Shown: positions 59,503 to 64,000 of the stretch, in pieces
How the letters are laid out: each line of letters starts with the position of its first letter
Position numbering within the stretch: position 1 is the stretch's first letter
Source: an uncultured Alphaproteobacteria bacterium
GTDB taxonomy: Bacteria > Pseudomonadota > Alphaproteobacteria > Rhizobiales > Xanthobacteraceae
Reading direction: 5' to 3'
Length of the DNA: 64,000 bases
Assembly (NCBI GenBank): GCA_963825225.1
Contig: CAWGSN010000038.1
Span: forward strand, 313,384 to 377,383
Program-made: the position numbers and the translations under genes
The notes under the pieces: generated by a model
Told to the model about the DNA's origin: nothing
Database searches by the model: none
The model's input: only the letters and a program-made list of their open reading frames with translations

Positions 59503-59904
59503 TCACTGCGTCGGGGTGACGCGCCACTCCGCGGCGAGATCCTCTTGCGTCAGCGTATCGCGGGGTGCGGCGTTGGCAAGCATTGCTTCCGTATCGCCCG
59601 CGGCGCCGATCGAGCCAGTGTGATCGGGGGCTTTCTTGTCGGGTTTGTCGGTGATGATCTGATACAGCTTGCGCGCGCCGTCCTGCGCACGCTGCCCGAT
59701 CGCGGTCGCGGCCTGGCCGCCGACTTCGCAGGCCGCCCGCTGGCGCTTGCAGAACTGGCCCATGTCGGAGACGGCGGCGGTCGCGGCCTGCACGGCTTCG
59801 GAAGCGCCGATTTGCGGCAGCTTGTCAGATTCAGGCGTTTTTTCCCTGGGCAACAGCACGAGCACAAGCCCGAGCCAGAATGTCATGCGAAGCAGAAAAA
59901 ACAT
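59503..59904 (-). CDS. DUF5330 domain protein
   Basis: MFFLLRMTFWLGLVLVLLP, DMGQFCKRQ..AC, DTLTQEDL..EW. Confidence 0.8.
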   Translation of the reverse strand: MFFLLRMTFWLGLVLVLLPREKTPESDKLPQIGASEAVQAATAAVSDMGQFCKRQRAACEVGGQAATAIGQRAQDGARKLYQIITDKPDKKAPDHTGSIGAAGDTEAMLANAAPRDTLTQEDLAAEWRVTPTQ

Positions 59905-60311
59905 CTCGCGACCCCGGTCGTCTCTTTTGGTTCTGTTGCGGTTTGGCCCGCAGGTTTGCTCCTGACTATCAGCCGTCGATAAATCGCAAGTGTTTGCAAT
60001 GAGGTAAATTCGCCGAAAATCCCAATGATTTGATTTGGCGTAAATTTTCGATTGATGTCGGCGATCACGGGAAAGTGGGCGTGAGCGGCGCGTCCACCAT
60101 TTCGAAACCATAGATCGATCGCGTCCTAAACCTGTCGTTCACCATCCGCGTCGAATGAGCGTCGCGGAGCGCGTGAATGCCGCGCGATTACCGGGAGTTT
60201 GCCGGCGAGCCGCCTTGCCTTAGCGTTCGCTTAAGTTCGCTCTGACACGGTGGCGCAAAGATAAAGGGGGCGTTCCGGCTTGTCTGTACGACAAGCCGAA
60301 GCGCGAGAGCC

Positions 60312-62129
60312 GTGATTGTTTTGAGTATCATCCGCGATTGTCTCGATGCATTGCTGCATCCGTCGGCACGATATGATGCGCTGACGCGCGCGCGGCATCG
60401 CGCGTTCATGGCGCCGCGGTTGCTCGGCAGTCTGGTCGCCTTCGGGGTGTTTCCACTCTATCTGGCGATGCGCGGTGCGCCCACCGCGCTCGAGGTCGCG
60501 GCGTTCGCCTGGCTGATCGCGCCCATTCTGTTGTCGTGGTTCCTGTCGCGCACCGGCCGATACGACGGCGCGCATATGCTGTCGTCGCTGGCGCTCGCAG
60601 GGCTCGTCATGATGGTTGCCCTGGCCACTGGAGGCATCGAATCCTTTGCCGCGGTCTGGCTGATCGTCATTCCGCTCGAGGCTGCGCTCTCGGCCTCGCG
60701 CCGCGTGGTTGCGTTTGCCTTCGCACTGGCGACGTCGTGCGCGGCGCTTTTGATCGTGCTCGGGCATTATCACATGCTGCCGGTGCCGGATTTTAGCGCG
60801 GCGCTGCGCGGCGCGCTAACCGGGTTCAGCGTCGTATCTGCGATCCTCTATGCTGCAGGCCTTGCGTTTGGCGCAGAGTCGCTGGCGCGCACCAGCGTCG
60901 CGCTGCTCTATGTCGAGGAAGACCGCTACCGCCTGCTGGCACGGAACATGAGCGACGTGATTTCGCGCCACAGCCGCAACGGCGCGGTGCAGTCGATTTC
61001 GCCCGCGGCGGAAGCCATGCTGGGCGTGCCTGTGGCACGGCTCGGCGGCCACGGCCTGTTCGACCGCGTCCACGTCGCCGATCGCCCGGCCTATCTCACC
61101 GCGCTATCGGAGGCCGCGCGTGGCGGCGAGGCGCTGAGCGTCGAGTTCCGGCTGCGCCGCGATGTCCTCCGCGGCCAGAACAGTTCCGCCGATTTCATCT
61201 GGGTCGAGATGCGTTGCCGGCCGCTCGAGCAGGCCTCGCCGGATGCCGAGGTCGTCGCGGTGATGCGCGACGTCACCGACCGCAAGATCCAGCAGCAGGC
61301 GTTCGAACTGGCGCGCACCGAAGCCGAACAGGCGGATGCGTCCAAGACGCGCTTCCTGGCCACCATGAGCCATGAACTGCGCACGCCGCTCAACGCCATC
61401 ATCGGCTTCTCCGAGATGATCGTGCAGGAGGACGTGCTGATGGTCGATGCCGCGCGCCGCAAGGAATACGCTCAGCTGATCAACGATTCCGGCCAGCATC
61501 TCTTGTCGGTCGTCAACGGTATCCTCGATATGTCCAAGATGGAATCCGGCAATTTCGAGATTTCGCCGGAGCCGTTCGCGCCGCGGGTAGCCCTGCTCCA
61601 TTGTTGCAATTTGCTGGCGCTTAAAGCACGCGAAAGCGGCGTCGATCTCATCACCCGCGCGCCGGAAGATCTGCCTGTGATGACCGGCGATCCGCGCGCG
61701 TTCAAGCAGATCGCGCTCAATCTCGTCGCCAACGCCATCAAATTCACCGAGCGCGACGGCAGCGTCACGGTTTCGGCCACCGTCGAGAGCTCGCGCCTGA
61801 TGCTTCGCGTCACCGATACCGGCGTCGGCATCGCGCCCGACGATCTCAAGCGGATCGGCGATCCCTTCTTCCAGGCCGGCAAGACCTATCAGCGCAAGCA
61901 CGAAGGCACCGGCCTCGGGCTGTCGATCGTGAAGGGTCTGGTCGGATTGCATCATGGCGAGATGAATGTGCAGAGCAAGGTCGGCGAGGGCACTACGGTG
62001 ACGGTTGCCTTGCCGCTCGCGTTCGCGCCGCCGGTCGCTGAGGCGCCTTCCAGCAATGTCGCGACGCTGAAGCCGGCGCTACGATCGGGATTACAAGAGC
62101 TAGCGCATCAGGTGAAGAAAAGTGCCTAA
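60312..62129 (+). CDS. divJ: PAS-domain sensor histidine kinase, DivJ-like
   Basis: 5-6 TM, PAS, FLATMSHELRTPLNAIIGFSE, NAIKFT, DTGVGI, GTGLGL; sufE-DUF5330-mucR synteny. Confidence 0.8.
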   Translation: MIVLSIIRDCLDALLHPSARYDALTRARHRAFMAPRLLGSLVAFGVFPLYLAMRGAPTALEVAAFAWLIAPILLSWFLSRTGRYDGAHMLSSLALAGLVMMVALATGGIESFAAVWLIVIPLEAALSASRRVVAFAFALATSCAALLIVLGHYHMLPVPDFSAALRGALTGFSVVSAILYAAGLAFGAESLARTSVALLYVEEDRYRLLARNMSDVISRHSRNGAVQSISPAAEAMLGVPVARLGGHGLFDRVHVADRPAYLTALSEAARGGEALSVEFRLRRDVLRGQNSSADFIWVEMRCRPLEQASPDAEVVAVMRDVTDRKIQQQAFELARTEAEQADASKTRFLATMSHELRTPLNAIIGFSEMIVQEDVLMVDAARRKEYAQLINDSGQHLLSVVNGILDMSKMESGNFEISPEPFAPRVALLHCCNLLALKARESGVDLITRAPEDLPVMTGDPRAFKQIALNLVANAIKFTERDGSVTVSATVESSRLMLRVTDTGVGIAPDDLKRIGDPFFQAGKTYQRKHEGTGLGLSIVKGLVGLHHGEMNVQSKVGEGTTVTVALPLAFAPPVAEAPSSNVATLKPALRSGLQELAHQVKKSA

Positions 62130-62844
62130 ACGGATGATTGAGGATGACGAGATGCCGCGCCGCCGCCGTGGCGCGAAGGCCGTTGCGGTCGAAGCGGGAG
62201 AGGAACGCGGATTTGTGCTGCGCATCCTGCTGCACAGTCCGAAGGACATGCTGGCAGCCGCGCTGGCGGTTGCCGCCGTCGGCGCCATCCTCACCAATGC
62301 ATTGTTCCTGCAGGCCGGCCGTCATCCATCGCCGATGTTCGGCTCCCCGGTCGTGACGCTGCCCGCACCCGCACCAGCGCTTGCCAGCCCGCTGCCGCGT
62401 CCGCGCCCGGTCGAACTCACCGTTCGCCCCGCGGAGCCGGCGCTGTTTGAACCGAAACCGGTCGAGATCAGAAGCGCCGATCCCAAAACCAGCGATCACA
62501 AGGCCGCTGATCCCAAGACGTCTGATCCCAAGACGTCTGATCCAATGACCAATCTGGTCGTCAAATCGACCAGCGCGCCAGTCACGGCGGCGCCGTCAAA
62601 TGCACTGCGGCCGCCGGCATCGATTCCCACCGCGCAAACCGCGGGCGCACGCCGTGTGGCGGCGGTGCAGCGCGCGCTCACCGAATATGGTTATGGCCAG
62701 TTGAAGCCAACCGGCGCCATCGGCGCCGACACCCAGACCGCGATCCAGAAATTCGAACGCGAGCGCAAGATCCCGGTGACCGGACAGATGTCCGATCGGC
62801 TGGTGCGCGAACTCACCGCTGTCATCGGCCATCCTATCGACTAG
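62122..62844 (+). CDS. Membrane-anchored peptidoglycan-binding protein
   Basis: TM plus NALFLQ, PLPRPRP, C-terminal VQRAL..YGY...TGAIGADTQTAIQKFER...VTG (PG_binding_1). Confidence 0.85.
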   Translation: MPKRMIEDDEMPRRRRGAKAVAVEAGEERGFVLRILLHSPKDMLAAALAVAAVGAILTNALFLQAGRHPSPMFGSPVVTLPAPAPALASPLPRPRPVELTVRPAEPALFEPKPVEIRSADPKTSDHKAADPKTSDPKTSDPMTNLVVKSTSAPVTAAPSNALRPPASIPTAQTAGARRVAAVQRALTEYGYGQLKPTGAIGADTQTAIQKFERERKIPVTGQMSDRLVRELTAVIGHPID

Positions 62845-62869
62845 CGCGTTACGCCGATCAGCGCCGTCG

Positions 62870-64000
62870 TCACGCCGATTCCGGCGTGGCCGTCTTGCGC
62901 GGCGCGAAGCGATCCGGGAGAGCCTTGAACTTGCTCAATAGCCAGGCCGCGCCCACCATCGTCGTCATGCCGACAACGCTGACCATGATCTGGGCGGGAA
63001 TATCGCCTTCGATCTGAACCAGGAACCAGTGCGCCGCGAACGCAAGGAAAACGCCGAGGCAGAAGATCGGCAGCGAGTTCTGCCCCATCAGAACGAGCGG
63101 GCGGGCGAGGTTTGAACGCAGCGCCGGCCAGTCGCGCGGGATGTAGCGCACAAACACCACCGCGAGCGCGAGGAAGTGGACCAGCCGGAACATGTCGAGG
63201 TCGGATTTGTCGATCGGATAGATCACCTTGATCAGCCATTTCGGAACCATCGCGTCCAGCAACGGAATGTGCCAGGTCATCACGATCACGAACGAGAACG
63301 CGATCCAGGCCAGTGACAGGATCAGGGCGGCGCGAGAGCGGATGAATGTGGCAATCTCCGCGGCTCCGTTCAGGCCGCACCATACCCCGAACACAAACAA
63401 CAGCTGCCACGCGAACGGGTTGAAGTACCAATTGCCTCCCGGATACGACGGCAGATTCCAGTCGAAGTAGCGCGCCAGACCGTACAAGACGGCCGAGCCA
63501 AGCAGGCTCAAGCGCGGAAATCTGACGAGGCCCCACAGCATCGCCGGTGACGCGAGGACCAGCACGATATAGAGCGGCAGCACATCGAGATCGACCGGCT
63601 TGAACTTCAGCATCAGGGTCTGCCCGATCATCACGTCGGGCCGCTCGAGAAACAGATAGATGTTGTACTCATTGCCGTACATCGGGTTGTCGAAGCGCCG
63701 CGCGGCGCGCGCGATCTGCGCAACGAAAAACAGAAACAGGAAAATATGGGCGACGTAGAGCTGCCAGGCGCGCTTCAGCAGGCGCTTGGTGGCGGCGAGG
63801 AACTGCCCGCCGGCCACCGCCGGACCGTAGACGAAGCCGGCGGTGTATCCGGAAATGAACACAAAGAACTCGGCGGCGTCGCTGAAGCCAAAATTGCGCA
63901 ACGTCAACCAGCTGACGATGTCGTAGGGAACGTGATCGAGGAAAACCATCCATTGTCCGATGCCCCGCACCAGATCAAGCCGCAGATCCCGCTCGGCCGG
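62870..64000 (-). CDS. opgC: OpgC domain protein (5' end outside the window)
   Basis: ERDLRLDLVRG, FGFSDAAEFFVFISG, DVLPLY, WYFNPFAWQ, GQNSLPIFC. Confidence 0.85.
   Translation of the reverse strand, partial: PAERDLRLDLVRGIGQWMVFLDHVPYDIVSWLTLRNFGFSDAAEFFVFISGYTAGFVYGPAVAGGQFLAATKRLLKRAWQLYVAHIFLFLFFVAQIARAARRFDNPMYGNEYNIYLFLERPDVMIGQTLMLKFKPVDLDVLPLYIVLVLASPAMLWGLVRFPRLSLLGSAVLYGLARYFDWNLPSYPGGNWYFNPFAWQLLFVFGVWCGLNGAAEIATFIRSRAALILSLAWIAFSFVIVMTWHIPLLDAMVPKWLIKVIYPIDKSDLDMFRLVHFLALAVVFVRYIPRDWPALRSNLARPLVLMGQNSLPIFCLGVFLAFAAHWFLVQIEGDIPAQIMVSVVGMTTMVGAAWLLSKFKALPDRFAPRKTATPESA

Noticed and set aside
60220-60234. Possible CtrA site TTAG-N7-TTAA upstream of divJ
   Set aside because: One mismatched half-site; plausible but not supportable from sequence alone.
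1-64000. CRISPR arrays, tRNA/rRNA genes, transposases, integrases, prophage genes
   Set aside because: No repeat-spacer periodicity, cloverleaf/rRNA signature or mobile-element protein motif was recognised by eye.

Overview
GC-rich alphaproteobacterial chromosomal segment that looks like Bradyrhizobium/Nitrobacteraceae (inferred from gene content, synteny and repeats). Recognisable content, left to right: a PiT phosphate transporter (partial); a DUF4130-UdgX fusion divergent from a LexA-boxed imuA-imuB-dnaE2 cassette; an accessory zone at about 9.3-17.2 kb; a CoA transferase; an HME-RND efflux pair and TolC; ecfF-osrA; a DUF2336 protein and a GGDEF protein; a second ECF sigma/anti-sigma/subtilase module; TIGR03808/03809; pcp-meaB and both methylmalonyl-CoA mutase subunits; folPBK; glycosyltransferases; mucR-sufE-divJ; and opgC (partial). 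The main new observation is three dispersed, short, Cys-free double-glycine-leader peptide genes (9596-9787 minus, 11016-11201 plus, 16462-16663 plus, the last frameshifted at the leader/core junction). Their cores are unrelated, but they share one expression cassette: a 16-bp CRP/Clr-like palindrome centred at -41.5 of a predicted promoter, a 5'-UTR hairpin with an ATGGT loop and covarying stems, and a strong RBS. The ECF/anti-sigma/subtilase operon has the same promoter geometry, suggesting a cNMP-responsive regulon of secreted hypervariable peptides (inference). Also noted: several sRNA candidates, a large structured repeat, a deletion scar, and three Asp-to-Asn changes that each fall in a would-be GANTC site and may be sequencing artefacts.
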